Origin: an uncultured Planctomycetaceae bacterium
GTDB lineage: Bacteria; Planctomycetota; Planctomycetia; Planctomycetales; Planctomycetaceae
Assembly (NCBI GenBank): GCA_963815195.1
Contig: CAWFGE010000023.1
Location: forward strand, 1-64,000
Direction: 5' to 3'
Length of the DNA: 64,000 bases
The notes under the pieces were generated by a model. It was not told where the DNA came from. It was given only the letters and a program-made list of their open reading frames with translations, and ran no database searches. The translations under genes were made by a program, and so were the position numbers. This document shows, one piece after another, positions 46,488 to 58,300 of this stretch (its first letter is position 1; each line of letters starts with the position of its first letter).

Positions 46488-49115
46488 TTAGGTGGTAAGT
46501 CTCCCGCGGTAGAAGTCCGCGGCGGCTTTCATGGCGTCGGGGAGGCCGGCGGGGTTTTTGCCGCCGGCTTCGGCGAGGTCCGGGCGGCCGCCGCCTCCGC
46601 CGCCGACGGGTTTGGCGGCGGCTTTGATGCAGTCGTTGGCGGTGACGCCTCGTTTGATGAGGTCTTTGCTCACGGCGGCTAACAGCGCGACTTTGCCTTC
46701 GATTTCGCAGCCTAACAGAATCGCGGCGGGGCCGCCTTTACTGCGGAGTTGGTCGGCGAAGTCGCGGAGCGTCTCCCGCGTCGCACCCTTCGCGATGTGC
46801 GTGATGATCTTGACGCCGTCCACCTCCTCGGCCTCGGCGATCAACTCGTCCACCTCGCCGCTGACGGACTTCAGCGTCTGCTTCGCGAGTTCGCGTTTGG
46901 CGTCCTTGAGTTCGTTTTGCAGACTTTCCACCCGGCGGGGCAAATCCTGCGGCTGCGGGGTTTTTAAGAGGCCCACCAGTTCCTGGAGCAGTTCTTCCGT
47001 CTCGCGGATTTTGTGGAGGGCCTGTTTGCCGGTGAGGGCTTCGATCCGCCGCACGCCCTTGGCCACGGGTTCTTCGCTGATGATTTTGCAGAGGCCGACT
47101 TGCCCGGTGTTCGTGAGATGTGTGCCGCCGCAGAACTCCCGGCTGTATTCGCCCATCGTGACCACGCGGACGCGGTCGCCGTACTTCTCGCCGAACAGAG
47201 CCATCGCCCCGAGTTTCTTGGCTGCATCGAGATCCATCACGGCGGTGATGATCGGCGAACCCTCGGCAATCTTGCTGTTGATGATGTCCTCGACCCGTTC
47301 GATTTCCTCTTTGGTGAGCGAGCGGTTGTGGGCGAAGTCGAACCTGAGGCGGTCGTTCTCCACCTTGGAGCCGCGCTGCGTGGCTTTCTCGCCGACGACT
47401 TGGTGCAAGGCATGATGCAAGAGATGCGTGGCCGAGTGCGCCCGGCGAATCCCGGCCCGGCGGTCACATTCGACGACGGCTTTCACCTTGGCCCCGAGCT
47501 TTAAGCTGCCGGTTTTCAGATGCCCGACGTGTAGGACGAGATCGCCCTCTTTTTGCGTATCGAGAACCTGAAATTGAAAGCCCTCGCCCGACAGCGTGCC
47601 CACGTCGCCGACCTGCCCGCCGGCTTCGCCGTAAAACGGAGTGCGGTCCAACACCACGCCCACGGGCGAATCGTGGCCGACTTCGGTGAGTTCCTCGACG
47701 AGCCGTTTCTCGGCGATGATGCCCACGATTTCGGCCTCGGCTTCGGTGACATCGTAACCCAGAAACTCCGTGCCGCCGGAGGTCTTGCGAATCGCATCCA
47801 ACGGCCCCTCGGCCATCACCGAGTCCATATAGCCTTCGCTGCTGCTGATAGTTCGATGACCTTCGAGCAACTCCTTGAACTTTTTGCGATCGACGTCCAA
47901 GTTCCGCTTGGCGGCCATGGCTTCGGTGAGTTCGATCAAAAACCCTTCCTGGGTGTGCAGCGTGAAAGCATCCTCGCCGGAGATTTTGGAAACGCCCGAA
48001 GCCTGGGCTTTCTCCACGCATGTTTCGAAGCGGTCGAGGCCGCGCTCGATTGTGCCCAGGAACTGGGTTTCTTCTTCTTTGATCGTGCCTTGGACGGAAT
48101 CGATCGTCTCCGCGAGTTCGGGGTAGGCGGGTTTCATGACTTCGACCACGGCCGGGACGAGCGTGTATAAAAACGGATCCTTCTGGCCGAGCAGATAGCC
48201 TTCGAGCAAAGCCCGGCGGAGGAGTTGGCGGACGACGTAGTTTTCCTCCTGCTTGTCCGGGACGACGCCTTCGTGGATGCAGAACGTGATCGCCCGCACG
48301 TGGTCGGCAATTCGGCGGAGCGGTCGGCCTTCGGGGCTGTCGAATTGATACTTCACGCCCACGGCCTTCCCGGCCGCGATGCACACGGGTTTTAAGATAT
48401 CGATTTCGAAATTGCTTTGGACGCCTTGCATTACCGAGGCGGTGCGCTCGAGGCCCATGCCGGTGTCGATGTTTTTCTTGGGGAGCGGGCGGAGGTTGTC
48501 CGGCGGATCGCCCACGCGGTTATACTGCGTGAAGACGAGGTTCCAGATCTCGACCGCTTTGCCGCCGTTGGGGGGGTGGTAATAGATCTCGCTGCACGGG
48601 CCGCAGACGCCGTCGGGGCCTTGGGACGGAGCCGAGGCCGGCCAGAAGTTTTCTTCCTCGCCTTCGCGCTGGATGCGGTCGGCGGGAAGTTTGACCTCGT
48701 TATGCCAGATGTTGTAGGCCTCGTCATCGTCGAGATAGACGGTGACGGACAGTCGCTCGGGATCGAGGCCCAGCCATTTCTTGTCGGTGAGAAATTCCCA
48801 GGCCCAGTGGATGGCTTCTTTTTTGAAGTAGTCGCCGAAGGAAAAATTGCCGAGCATTTCGAAGAAGGTGTGGTGGTAGGCCGTCACGCCGACGTTGGAG
48901 ATGTCGCCGGTGCGGAGGCATTTCTGGCAGGTCGTGGCCCGGGAGAATTCCAGCTTGCCGATGCCTAGGAACTGGTTTTTGAACTGGTTCATCCCGGCGG
49001 GGGTGAACAGCACGGTCTTGTCGTCTTTGGGGACGAGCACATCGCTGGGCCGGCGGATGCAGCCTTTGGATTCAAAAAACGAAAGGTACTTTTCCCGCAG
49101 TTCGTCGGTTTTCAT
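46488..49115 (-). CDS. alaS: Alanine--tRNA ligase
   Basis: [52 protein letters not shown]. Confidence 0.98.
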   Translation of the reverse strand: MKTDELREKYLSFFESKGCIRRPSDVLVPKDDKTVLFTPAGMNQFKNQFLGIGKLEFSRATTCQKCLRTGDISNVGVTAYHHTFFEMLGNFSFGDYFKKEAIHWAWEFLTDKKWLGLDPERLSVTVYLDDDEAYNIWHNEVKLPADRIQREGEEENFWPASAPSQGPDGVCGPCSEIYYHPPNGGKAVEIWNLVFTQYNRVGDPPDNLRPLPKKNIDTGMGLERTASVMQGVQSNFEIDILKPVCIAAGKAVGVKYQFDSPEGRPLRRIADHVRAITFCIHEGVVPDKQEENYVVRQLLRRALLEGYLLGQKDPFLYTLVPAVVEVMKPAYPELAETIDSVQGTIKEEETQFLGTIERGLDRFETCVEKAQASGVSKISGEDAFTLHTQEGFLIELTEAMAAKRNLDVDRKKFKELLEGHRTISSSEGYMDSVMAEGPLDAIRKTSGGTEFLGYDVTEAEAEIVGIIAEKRLVEELTEVGHDSPVGVVLDRTPFYGEAGGQVGDVGTLSGEGFQFQVLDTQKEGDLVLHVGHLKTGSLKLGAKVKAVVECDRRAGIRRAHSATHLLHHALHQVVGEKATQRGSKVENDRLRFDFAHNRSLTKEEIERVEDIINSKIAEGSPIITAVMDLDAAKKLGAMALFGEKYGDRVRVVTMGEYSREFCGGTHLTNTGQVGLCKIISEEPVAKGVRRIEALTGKQALHKIRETEELLQELVGLLKTPQPQDLPRRVESLQNELKDAKRELAKQTLKSVSGEVDELIAEAEEVDGVKIITHIAKGATRETLRDFADQLRSKGGPAAILLGCEIEGKVALLAAVSKDLIKRGVTANDCIKAAAKPVGGGGGGRPDLAEAGGKNPAGLPDAMKAAADFYRGRLTT

Positions 49116-49188
49116 GGTGAAGGCTTTCGAGGGGTGTTGAATACGTTTGCGTTGCGATTGGCGGGAACGATGATCCACTCCCATTCGG

Positions 49189-49228
49189 CCCCCTCACCCT
49201 AACCCTCTCCCCCAAGGGGAGAGGGGAC
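49189..49228. repeat. CCCCTCACCCTAACCCTCTCCC-type palindromic repeat upstream of alaS
   Basis: ccccctcaccctaaccctctcccccaaggggagaggggac. Confidence 0.7.
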
Positions 49229-49417
49229 AAAGGCAAGAGCGTTCATTGATTCTTCGTTCCCGGCGATCGCGACTATTTGACACAAATTCCCTCCGGATAT
49301 GAAGGGAAGCCCAGGAGGCGGAACGGTCCGCGATCCTGGGCTATCGGATGTCACAGAAGATTCTTGCCAGATCGCCCCGTTGGATTCTTACGATTCGGGC
49401 CGGGGGATTCTTCAGAT

Positions 49418-50234
49418 TTAGTTCTGCGCGGGGGATGCCTTGGTGTCGGGGGTGACGATGTCTAACAATTCGACTTCAAACACGAGCACCTGGTTCGGGC
49501 CGATTTTGTTGCCGGCCCCGCTCAGGCCATAGGCTATTTTCGAGGGCACGACCAGCCGCCATTTGGAGCCGACGGGCATCATCTGCAGGGCTTCGGTCCA
49601 GCCGGCGATCACGCCATCGACCGGATACGTGGCGGGGGATTTGCGTTCCACGGGAGCTGTCGAAGACTTCGCCGTTGGGCAAGGTGCCGTGGTAATGCGT
49701 TTTCACGATGTCCGTTTTGGCGGGCTTCTTGCCGGTGCCCGCTTTCAGTACCTGATACTGCAGACCGCTTTCGGTGGTTTTCACGCCTTCTTTGGCTTTG
49801 TTTTCGTTAAGGAAGGCGGTTCCTTCTTGGGAGTTCTTGTCGGCCTGGGCTTTGAAGACGGGGTCGGTTTTCAGACGTTCGAGAGCCTGGTCCTCTTTGC
49901 GCTTTTTGGCCTTGGCAATCAATTCTTCCTGGAAGGCCTCGAAAGCCGCCTCCAAGTCCTTCTCGGGCACGCGGGATTCCTTGCCTGTCAAGGCATCTTG
50001 AAGGCCTTTCAACAACGCGGCCGAATCCACATCAATGTCTTGGGATTTCAAGCTGCGGGTGATGTTGTTGCCGAAGTTCATCCCCAAGCCGTAGCTGACT
50101 TTCTCTTGGGTGGTTTTGAACTCGCCGGATTTCGGGGCGGGATTGGTTTTGGCATCCTGGGCGTAGCCTTGGAACATAAACACCAGCAATCCGATGGCGG
50201 CCAACGAAGTCACGATCATCCCTGCACGTTTCAT
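49418..50234 (-). CDS. FKBP-type peptidyl-prolyl isomerase, FkpA/Mip-like (frameshift near 49650)
   Basis: [41 protein letters not shown]. Confidence 0.93.
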
Positions 50235-50538
50235 GGGGAAACCTTTCGCGTGTTTTACATGAGGACGGCGCGGCGACGGCCCACGCCGGTGAGTCGGGTC
50301 AATTCGGAATATAGCAATTTGACGGGGAGGCTGTCACTACCGCGTTCGATGGGGGAAAGGCGGGAAGGCGGGCGAAATGGGTCCAGACGGAGGAATCTTA
50401 GCGCGAAACGGCCGGCGAGGAAAGAGGTTTTTCCTATTCCTTTGAGATGACTGATGTTGCGCTTTGTCCGGGTGATGCGTCAGCCGCTTCAGGTGCCGAC
50501 GCGAAGAAACCGGTGCCGGCTGATGGGCATACGGATAT

Positions 50539-51584
50539 TCAACTCCAGCGTTTCAGAATTTCCTCAGCCACGATTTGGATGTAGCGGCTCTTTTGGGTGA
50601 GGCCCATGTGGCCGGTGGGATGCATCGTGAACCTGGCATCCCAGCGGTCGGCGAGTTCGCGAATCCGGTGCGTGGGGACGAAGCGGTCGAACTCGGCGGC
50701 GTAAAGAGAAATCCGCGCGGATCGAGCCGGGGCGTCCAATTCGAGGGGGTGACGGCTTTGACGGCTCGGCGAATGGTTTCCTCCGGCAGCGGGCCGGGCC
50801 CCAATCCCCGCCGCACCGCGCGGACGATCGTGCCGCCCTCGTCCAAAAGAGTTTCCAGATCGACGGGCGGAGCGACCGCTGTGACCCATTGCAGATCGGA
50901 CGCGACGACGCTGGTCATCAGCGACATCCAGCCGCCGAAGCTCACGCCGACCAGCCCCACCTCCCGGCCTTCCGCTTGGAGGTTTTTGACGAGCGTCCAT
51001 TGATCGAGCACTGCCTGGCGGGTCACGGAGAGTTGATGCTCCAAGTCGCCGCTTAGAATCAGTTGCCCGGGCCGATAGCCGGCGGGCGTCCGGCGGAAAT
51101 TGAACGGGGCATCCATCATGATCACATCGATGCCGGCGGGGTTGAGTTCATCCGCGAGTTGACCGAACCAGTTCGCATGGACCTGCACCACGCCGTCCAC
51201 CCCGACGATGCACCGCCGCGCCGGTTCTTTTCCGCGGGTCCACATCCGCGCTTGGACCTGGGCGTTCTCGGGGACGGACGTCAACACGGGGCTGGGAAAC
51301 GAAAAATCCCAAGCCGTCCGGCTGTCCCGCGAGGTGCGCTCCCGCAGGTTTTCCCACAAATTCAACCGCGGCGGCTCCGGGCGGAACACGGTTTCCAACT
51401 CGCCGCTGAACAGCCCGTCAAACGGTTCAAAAAACGGCTCGCCGGCCGCGAGGGAATGCTTGCGATAATGAAAGACCACCCGCAGGATCAACAGGCCGAC
51501 GGCTTCATCGACGAGGTTCGACCACACGCGTTGGCAAAGCTTTAAGGGCCAAGGCCGGTGTTGTTGCAGTTTGCGCGGGTTCAT
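50539..51584 (-). CDS. Alpha/beta hydrolase family protein (frameshift near 50700)
   Basis: GVSFGG nucleophile elbow; DRFVP and TGH in the corrected frame. Confidence 0.75.
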
Positions 51585-54283
51585 TCCAGTTCGTCGAGGT
51601 CGTCGTCATCGAAATCATCGTCCAGGTCGTCGTCAAAATCTTCGTCCTCGTCGTCGAGCGCGAAGAACGGCGGCTGATGCGCCCCTTGCCAGACGATGCC
51701 CGGCGAATCGCGGTAGCCCTCGTTCTGAAGCTGCACGTCGAGCACTTCCATCTCCAGCGGGTAGCACTGCGACTGCCATTTTCGCGCCCACTGCTCGGCT
51801 TCCTCTTCATCGCGGGCAAGCACACCCCAAGGACAAACGTACGCGGGCCATTGCTCCTGCCCGCTCAAACAGCCGGGATGATTGGGCCAATTCTCGTCGA
51901 GCGGCTGCCGGATGAGGACCACAAAATAATTGATGCCTTCCTCGGGCGGCTCGGCGGCGCGGTGCGGCTCGAACAGCGTCTCCGCCGCCAATCCCGACTG
52001 CAACGACAACTGTTGAAAGGCCCTTCGCGTTTCATCGTCGGGGGGCAGGCAAACCGCGGCCTTCGTCAATTTGTGGAACAGCCGCGTGAGATCCCGCTGC
52101 GAGAGAGACTCCGCCTCGGTCAACCGGTGTTCGAGCAACTTCGCGAGTTCCTTCCGGAACCGCGGGGGATCGTTCAAGCCTTCCGCTCCGCACAGGCACG
52201 CCCGCAATGCGTCCACGTGGTAACGGCATTCCTTGTTGCGGAGTGATTCGGAGTCCAAGGCTTTCAAGGCTTCGTCGTACTTGCCGCTCTCCATCAAAGC
52301 CCAGGCCAAAAAGAAAGGCACCCAGGGTTTCTCGGGCCAGATCGCTTCCAGGCGGTTGTAATAGGTCAGCACCCAGTCGTATTTTTCCTGCTCGAACGCG
52401 ATCTGCCCCGCCTGCCAGTAAACCGCCGGATCGTCGCAGCCTTCCCGCACGCACAAATCGAGCACCGCCATGGCATCGCGGGCGCGGTCGGTCTCGTTGT
52501 AAAGGTCCGCAAGCCGAAGGGCCACATCACTGCGGCTGCGGTCCAATCGAAAGCTCCGGGCGTAGCAGCGCTCGGCTTCGCCCATCTCGCCGTGCTGCAA
52601 AAAGAAGGCCCCCGCCCGCGCAAAGTTGCCCGCGTGGTGCGGGTCGAGATCCAGCGATTCCCGCAGCATGCGTTCGAGCTCTTCGACCGTGGCGATCGCG
52701 TCGGGATCCTCGTCGGTGGTTTCGCGGGCGGTGTCGCCCAGATCCGCGACGACGTTCATCACGACGGCATCCTGCGAAAACTTTTTGAGAAACTGCTGCG
52801 ACCATTCCCACACCTCGCCCGCGTTCTCGCTCAGACTGCTGAAGACATGGGCCATGTGAATCAGCCGGGCCGCATCGCGGGGATGCTCCACCATCTCGGC
52901 GGTGTAGGCCATCATCGCCTTTTGCACGGACCGGCAGACTTCTTCCTCGCCGCCGGATTCCTGGAGCCTCTTCACGTACTCGTCGAGTTTGGCTTTGAGC
53001 GGGGTGTCCTCTTCGTCGAGGTTTTTGGCGTTCCGGCTTTCGTGTTCGGTTTGCGATGCTTCCGTGCTGGACGAACTCGCCTGGGTCTTCGCGGCCATTG
53101 ATGCGGTCTCGGGGGCAGACTCGGCAAACAAGCCCGTTTCGAAAGTCCCCAGCGTGGCAATCGGATTCGGGCGGACTTCTCCCGACTTCAAGAGGTTCAG
53201 CCGGCGGAGCGTGAGCCAATCGCGGGCGGCTTGGGCTTTGGGTTCCAACTGGCGAACGAGGGCCGCCGATTTGTCTTCCAGCCCGGCGAGCCGATGCACC
53301 GCAATCAACCGCAGCCGAACTTCCAACCAATGGGACAAACACTTCTGTGAAAGCATTTTGCGGTCCCAATCGACCAAACGGGAAATCGCCCCTTCATATT
53401 CGCCCCGGCAACACGCGGCGACGGCTTCGTGCATCGCGCGGAGCAGATCGAGTTGCGGGTATTCGTCGGCTTCGATTTCGGGAAACGCCGACGCGTCGAC
53501 GCCGCACTCGGCGAGAATCGCCTCTAGCTTTTCGGGGCGGCCTTCGAGTTCCAGCACCGTCGCCAAAAATCCCGCCGACTCCATCTGAGCGGAGAGCACC
53601 GAGTGATACGTCTCCGCGAGCTTGAGCGCTTCGATCCCCGCGTCCCGGGCGGCGGCGAGTTGCCCACTGAGGAGCAACAGTTCCGCCGCGTCTTTCGCCC
53701 CCACCCAGCGGCGGTCGTTGTCGGAATCCGGCTGGGCGTTCCCGGCGATCATCCGCGCATAGTGCAGGGCCATGTCAATGTCGTCCGCGGCCCGGTACAC
53801 ATCGGTGGCGTATTCGCGAAAGCACGTCACGCATTCCAGCTTTCCCGTTCGCCGGCAGACCTGGATCCCCTCGTTGATGCAATCGTGCACGCCTTCGGAG
53901 TTGTAGCCTTCCTTCTCGGCGGTGTGCGTGGCGAGGTTGTCGTAAGCGCAGGACGACATCCAGTTCACGGTGTAATAATAATGGTCTTCGGGCAATTCCG
54001 GCTGGAGCTTGCGGGCTTTGTCTTCGCTCTCCAGAAACGCAATCGAATCCACCGCCGCCTCGAGGCCCGTCTCCACGTCCAGAAGAGACTGGGCATCGTT
54101 CATCAGGTAAAAATTCGCGTGCAGGTAGGGGATGATCTGCTTCTCGGCCTTGGCGAACCGCTTGAGTTCCCGGCTGAGCCGCGAGGAAGACCGATACCGG
54201 CATTGCTCGCGCATTTCGGAAATCCGGTCCATCAATTCGCCGATCTGCTGTTCGACATCGACATCGCGAAATTCATCAGTCAT
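51581..54283 (-). CDS. Large TPR-repeat protein with an acidic C-terminal tail
   Basis: TPR helices (AERCYARSFRLD, ALKALD); DDEDEDFDDDLDDDFDDDD tail. Confidence 0.8.
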   Translation of the reverse strand: MTDEFRDVDVEQQIGELMDRISEMREQCRYRSSSRLSRELKRFAKAEKQIIPYLHANFYLMNDAQSLLDVETGLEAAVDSIAFLESEDKARKLQPELPEDHYYYTVNWMSSCAYDNLATHTAEKEGYNSEGVHDCINEGIQVCRRTGKLECVTCFREYATDVYRAADDIDMALHYARMIAGNAQPDSDNDRRWVGAKDAAELLLLSGQLAAARDAGIEALKLAETYHSVLSAQMESAGFLATVLELEGRPEKLEAILAECGVDASAFPEIEADEYPQLDLLRAMHEAVAACCRGEYEGAISRLVDWDRKMLSQKCLSHWLEVRLRLIAVHRLAGLEDKSAALVRQLEPKAQAARDWLTLRRLNLLKSGEVRPNPIATLGTFETGLFAESAPETASMAAKTQASSSSTEASQTEHESRNAKNLDEEDTPLKAKLDEYVKRLQESGGEEEVCRSVQKAMMAYTAEMVEHPRDAARLIHMAHVFSSLSENAGEVWEWSQQFLKKFSQDAVVMNVVADLGDTARETTDEDPDAIATVEELERMLRESLDLDPHHAGNFARAGAFFLQHGEMGEAERCYARSFRLDRSRSDVALRLADLYNETDRARDAMAVLDLCVREGCDDPAVYWQAGQIAFEQEKYDWVLTYYNRLEAIWPEKPWVPFFLAWALMESGKYDEALKALDSESLRNKECRYHVDALRACLCGAEGLNDPPRFRKELAKLLEHRLTEAESLSQRDLTRLFHKLTKAAVCLPPDDETRRAFQQLSLQSGLAAETLFEPHRAAEPPEEGINYFVVLIRQPLDENWPNHPGCLSGQEQWPAYVCPWGVLARDEEEAEQWARKWQSQCYPLEMEVLDVQLQNEGYRDSPGIVWQGAHQPPFFALDDEDEDFDDDLDDDFDDDDLDELE

Positions 54284-54494
54284 GGTTCCGAGTCCCGCTG
54301 GAGAGATGGAAGGAGAAGGAGTCGAAAAGTGCAAAAATGAACGAGCCGCCTGGTATCAGCATCGACAATTGAAGATAGCAGGAATCCCGCCGCGGCGGAA
54401 ACATGGTTCATACCGTTTGGAGCAAATTGGGAAAACCTTCCGACATCATAAGGATCGCCAAGGAAGTAATTTAAACTCTTGAACGGCTCAACAT

Positions 54495-54522
54495 AACCAG
54501 GGGGCTTACGCCCCCCGCTCGC
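54495..54522. repeat. REP-like arm
   Basis: aaccagggggcttacgccccccgctcgc. Confidence 0.6.
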
Positions 54523-54671
54523 CTTTTTATCCCCATGTTGACGTGCTTTTCTTGACGTTCCCAACGCCTCGTTCGCTGGGAAAATTCGCGGGAAGGGATT
54601 ATGGTGCGGATAGGAAAACTGTCGATTCGACCCGCCAGAAAAAACTTTGACTTTTCACCCAGGAGTTTCAC

Positions 54672-55223
54672 ATGGATTATGCCGCGAAGTTTGCCGAGGG
54701 CTTGACGTACACGGGCTTTTTGGAGCGCTACGCGAACGCCGATCAGAAGAGCCGCTGGGCGGGCGTGTTTGAGAGCGTGAAGCTTTCAGATGCGCAGTCG
54801 GCCCTCCTCAAAACTTTCGTCCGCGAGATGAAGGTGCTGGTGACGGCGGGGGCCTGGTGCGGGGACTGCGTGAATCAGTGTCCGATCTTCGAGCATTTCG
54901 CCCAGGCGAACGAGAAGATTCAGGTTCGCTACTTCGATCGGGACGAGCATGCCGACCTTTCGAGGGACCTTGCAATTTGCGGTGCCCCGCGGGTGCCTTC
55001 GGTGCTGTTTTTGAGCGAAGACAACTGTGTCTGCGGGCGATACGGCGACCGCACCTTATCCAAGTATCGCCAGATGGCAAGGGCGCTGACCGGGGCCGCC
55101 TGCCCCAGCGGACACGGCGACACGCTGCTGGCGTCCGTGACAGAGGAATGGCTGGACGAGTTCGAGCGGATCCAATGGATGCTCCGCACCTCCGGCCGAT
55201 TGCGCGAACTGCATGGGGACTAA
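54672..55223 (+). CDS. Thioredoxin-fold protein (Thioredoxin_9-like)
   Basis: AGGAG RBS; WCGDC, RVP cis-Pro, C-terminal GAACP. Confidence 0.88.
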   Translation: MDYAAKFAEGLTYTGFLERYANADQKSRWAGVFESVKLSDAQSALLKTFVREMKVLVTAGAWCGDCVNQCPIFEHFAQANEKIQVRYFDRDEHADLSRDLAICGAPRVPSVLFLSEDNCVCGRYGDRTLSKYRQMARALTGAACPSGHGDTLLASVTEEWLDEFERIQWMLRTSGRLRELHGD

Positions 55224-55244
55224 CTAACAGACCTGTCGGTTGAT

Positions 55245-55311
55245 GTGAGCGGCACGGCGCTAGCCGCCGGTTCCTCGTGCGAAGACCGGCGGCCAAGGCC
55301 GTGCCGCTCAC
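55245..55311. repeat. REP doublet hairpin between convergent genes
   Basis: gtgagcggcacggcgctagccgccggt ... accggcggccaaggccgtgccgctcac. Confidence 0.8.
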
Positions 55312-55324
55312 GTGCGTGCGGACC

Positions 55325-58300
55325 TTACTTCCCGCGCGGCTGTTTTTCGGTCGTGTTGGGCTGTTGCGTTTCGTTGGGCTTCGGGGGTTCCGGTTTTTGG
55401 GGTTTCTCGGCGGGGTCGGGGGCGAACATGCCGGGCCAGGTGGGAATGAACGCCGACGGCGGCAAGAGGTCCACACTTTCTCCGGTCGCGTGGCCGATGT
55501 AGAGGGCGGCGAGCGGGCGATAAATGGATTCTGGATTGATGTCGAGGAGCCGCTTCAGCCGCTCGGCGGCCTTCTTTGGCCGGCCCCGCTCCAGGTCGCT
55601 GAGAGCCGCATTGAACAAAGGTCCGTCGGCCATCTGCGGCAATTGCTGCGTGAGCACGTATCCCATCTGCCAATTCGCGGAGGCCCAGTCGTCGCCCACG
55701 CGTCGAAACAGCGGCGGATCGATGGGCCGCTCGGCCATGGGCAGCGTGCCGAGCGTTGCGAACATCATCGCCTCCATCATCTCGTCCGCTTCGGTCGACC
55801 ACAGGTCGATGGCCCGCTCGTATTCTCCCACGACCAAGGCCGACATCGCGATCAAATCCTTTCCCTGGGCCGACGACCCCGCCGCGCCTTGCTCTTTCAT
55901 CACGCCTTCCAATCGTCCGAGCGATTGGTAGGCCTCTTCGATTTCGCCGGCCTCGAGCTCGAGCCCGGCCTGGATCATCGAGACCAGGGGGTTCGAGAGC
56001 TGAGATTCGTCCGCGGTCTCGAGAAGCTTCGAGCGCCAAGAGCACGCAGCCGCCCTCTTGGGCCATGTTGGCGAGTTGGATCGCAGAGGCTTTGTTCTCG
56101 GCCGCCTTGTCGATCTTCGTCTGAACCTGTTTGACCTGGTCTTTGAGGTTCTCGATGATTCGCAATCGGCGTTCGTAGGTTTCCTGGGCTTGCTTATCGT
56201 CTTCGTCCGGCATTTCCGTGAGTTCCAGGAATCGCTCGAACTCGCGGACGGCCAGGTCGTACCGATTGGAATTCGTGTAGAGCGTGCCCAAACCGCGGTG
56301 CAGGCCGGCATTGTCGGGGTCGGCGACGATCGCCTGGTTGTAAGCGGCAATCGCTTGCAGCAGCCGCCGCTTGGAATTTCCCAGCGGCTGGCCGTATAAC
56401 TGGCTGGTCTCCTGTTCCAGAGCACCAGTCTCAGGCAGCATTCCGCCAAGGCCCGGTAAGCCAGCGTGGAATTGGGATTTTTCTCGAGGGCCTTGTGAGC
56501 ATGACGAATCGCGAGATTGCCCATAGCCAGCCCGGTCTGGTTGATGATTTCCAGGGCCTGCACATCGCCTGGATTGCGGAAAGTCAACGTGCTCCGCTCG
56601 GGCAGCAAATAGTCGTTGATCAAGACCGTGTAATGCCAGGCGAGCAACGCGTCGGGCGGATTGGTCTGCCGGGATGGGGACGCAAACAGCTCATCGGTCC
56701 AGCCGGGCGGACGCGGGAAATAGCCGGGCGACTCGGCGTCCGCCTTTTCGCCGGTTTTCTCTTCCGTGCGAAACGCCAACTCGAAGAAATCGAGCCCGTG
56801 CTCGGCCAGGTAGGTTCGGTCGTTGAGGCCGGACTTCTCCGGATTGTAGCGATAGAACCAGGCCGCCATCGGCCCCAGGCGGATGGGCCGCCAATCGGAA
56901 TATCGAAACAGATTGAATAGCACGCCGTACTGCGGCACGTCCGGCCCCAGCGAGACCACGGCGTGGGTGATCTCGTATTCTTCAAATTGCTTTTTGCTCT
57001 TTTCCAGAAGTTCCGCCCGCGCGAGCCGCCGGGCTTGGAAGGCTTTTTGGGTTTCGTCCCGCTGGACCGCGAGAGGCGAGAGGGCTTCCGCGAACCGGCG
57101 ATACCGGGCGAAAACGCTGTCCGCCCCGTCTTGGGTGAACACGTTCAAGCGGGTGTCGATGAACGGCTTGCGATCGAGCCAAATCAAGACATCGCCTTGG
57201 CGAATGCTGAAGTTGAAGCCGTTCCCCGGGACTTCGGTCTCGTTGAGATCCTCCCGGATTCCCTCGATGAGGTTCGCCAACGAGGGCCGAAACCCAAAGC
57301 CGAGCCGGTTGGACCCCGGCCCGAGCAATCGTCCCGAGACCGCCAGGAACGCCAGCCCGAAAAACGCGAGGGCGGTGACGGCTCGCCCGCCCACGGAAAA
57401 CACCCGCTCGCTGAGTTCGACCGAATAACCCTGCCGAAAACTCTCCGCGTACCATTCCTGGGCGTTAAGCGCCGCAAGCGCTGCAAACACCAGGCTGGCG
57501 GCGGTGAGGTCGTGGCTGTTGGCGAGACCCAGGCCCGCCATCCCCAAAAACAAGAGCCCTTGGGCCGGCGCGATATTTCGCCAGTTGAGCGCGAACGTCA
57601 CCGGCACCGTGGCCGCCAAGACCAGGGCCGTGATGACCGGCAGCGTGAGATTCTGCCAGAACGCAGCCGCGGTCAGCGGGAGATAGCTGTGAAGCGAACC
57701 GCCCGCGAGTTCCATCAACTCCCGCCACGCCGGATATTCCCGGCCGTAGAGGCTCGCAGGCGAAATCAGGGAATGCCAGAAGAAGGGGTTGATAAAAAAC
57801 ACGCCGATCGAAACCGGCACCATCAGCCAAAGCTGCCGGCGTTTGGCTTCGTCGCTCTGAAAACACCGGCCGGCGAAGAGTCCCAGCCCCTCGCCGAGCG
57901 CGAGCAGAATCAGCACGATCAGACCGAAAAACGCGCGGGGGTCCATGTTGCACCACACGAGAAACACCGGCACGAGGGGCCACAACGATGCGGGGGAATC
58001 GGCGGGCTGCCAGCGGAAGATGATCCACAACGTCAGCGCCAGCCCCAACAGCGTGATGAGTTGCGGTTCAAAGGTCAGCTGCCCCGCGCAGACGATCAAC
58101 GCCAACGCGGCGCAGATCGAAGCCCACCAGGACGGGACCGGGCGTTTGACGGCTTTGAGCAAAAGGAAAAACGTCGCGCCGGCGATCAGGGCTTTGACGA
58201 TCGTCAGCGCGATCGCACCGCCCGCCGCATACACGCCCGCCGCGAACAAATCGAACAGCCACGACAGGTTGACCCAAGGCTGTTTGGCCGCGGTGTGGGT

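Noticed and set aside
49116..49417. T-box or riboswitch upstream of alaS
   Set aside because: No T-box consensus seen; the hairpin present is a common palindromic repeat.
54672..55223. Selenoprotein thioredoxin
   Set aside because: All redox positions are Cys codons; there is no in-frame TGA.
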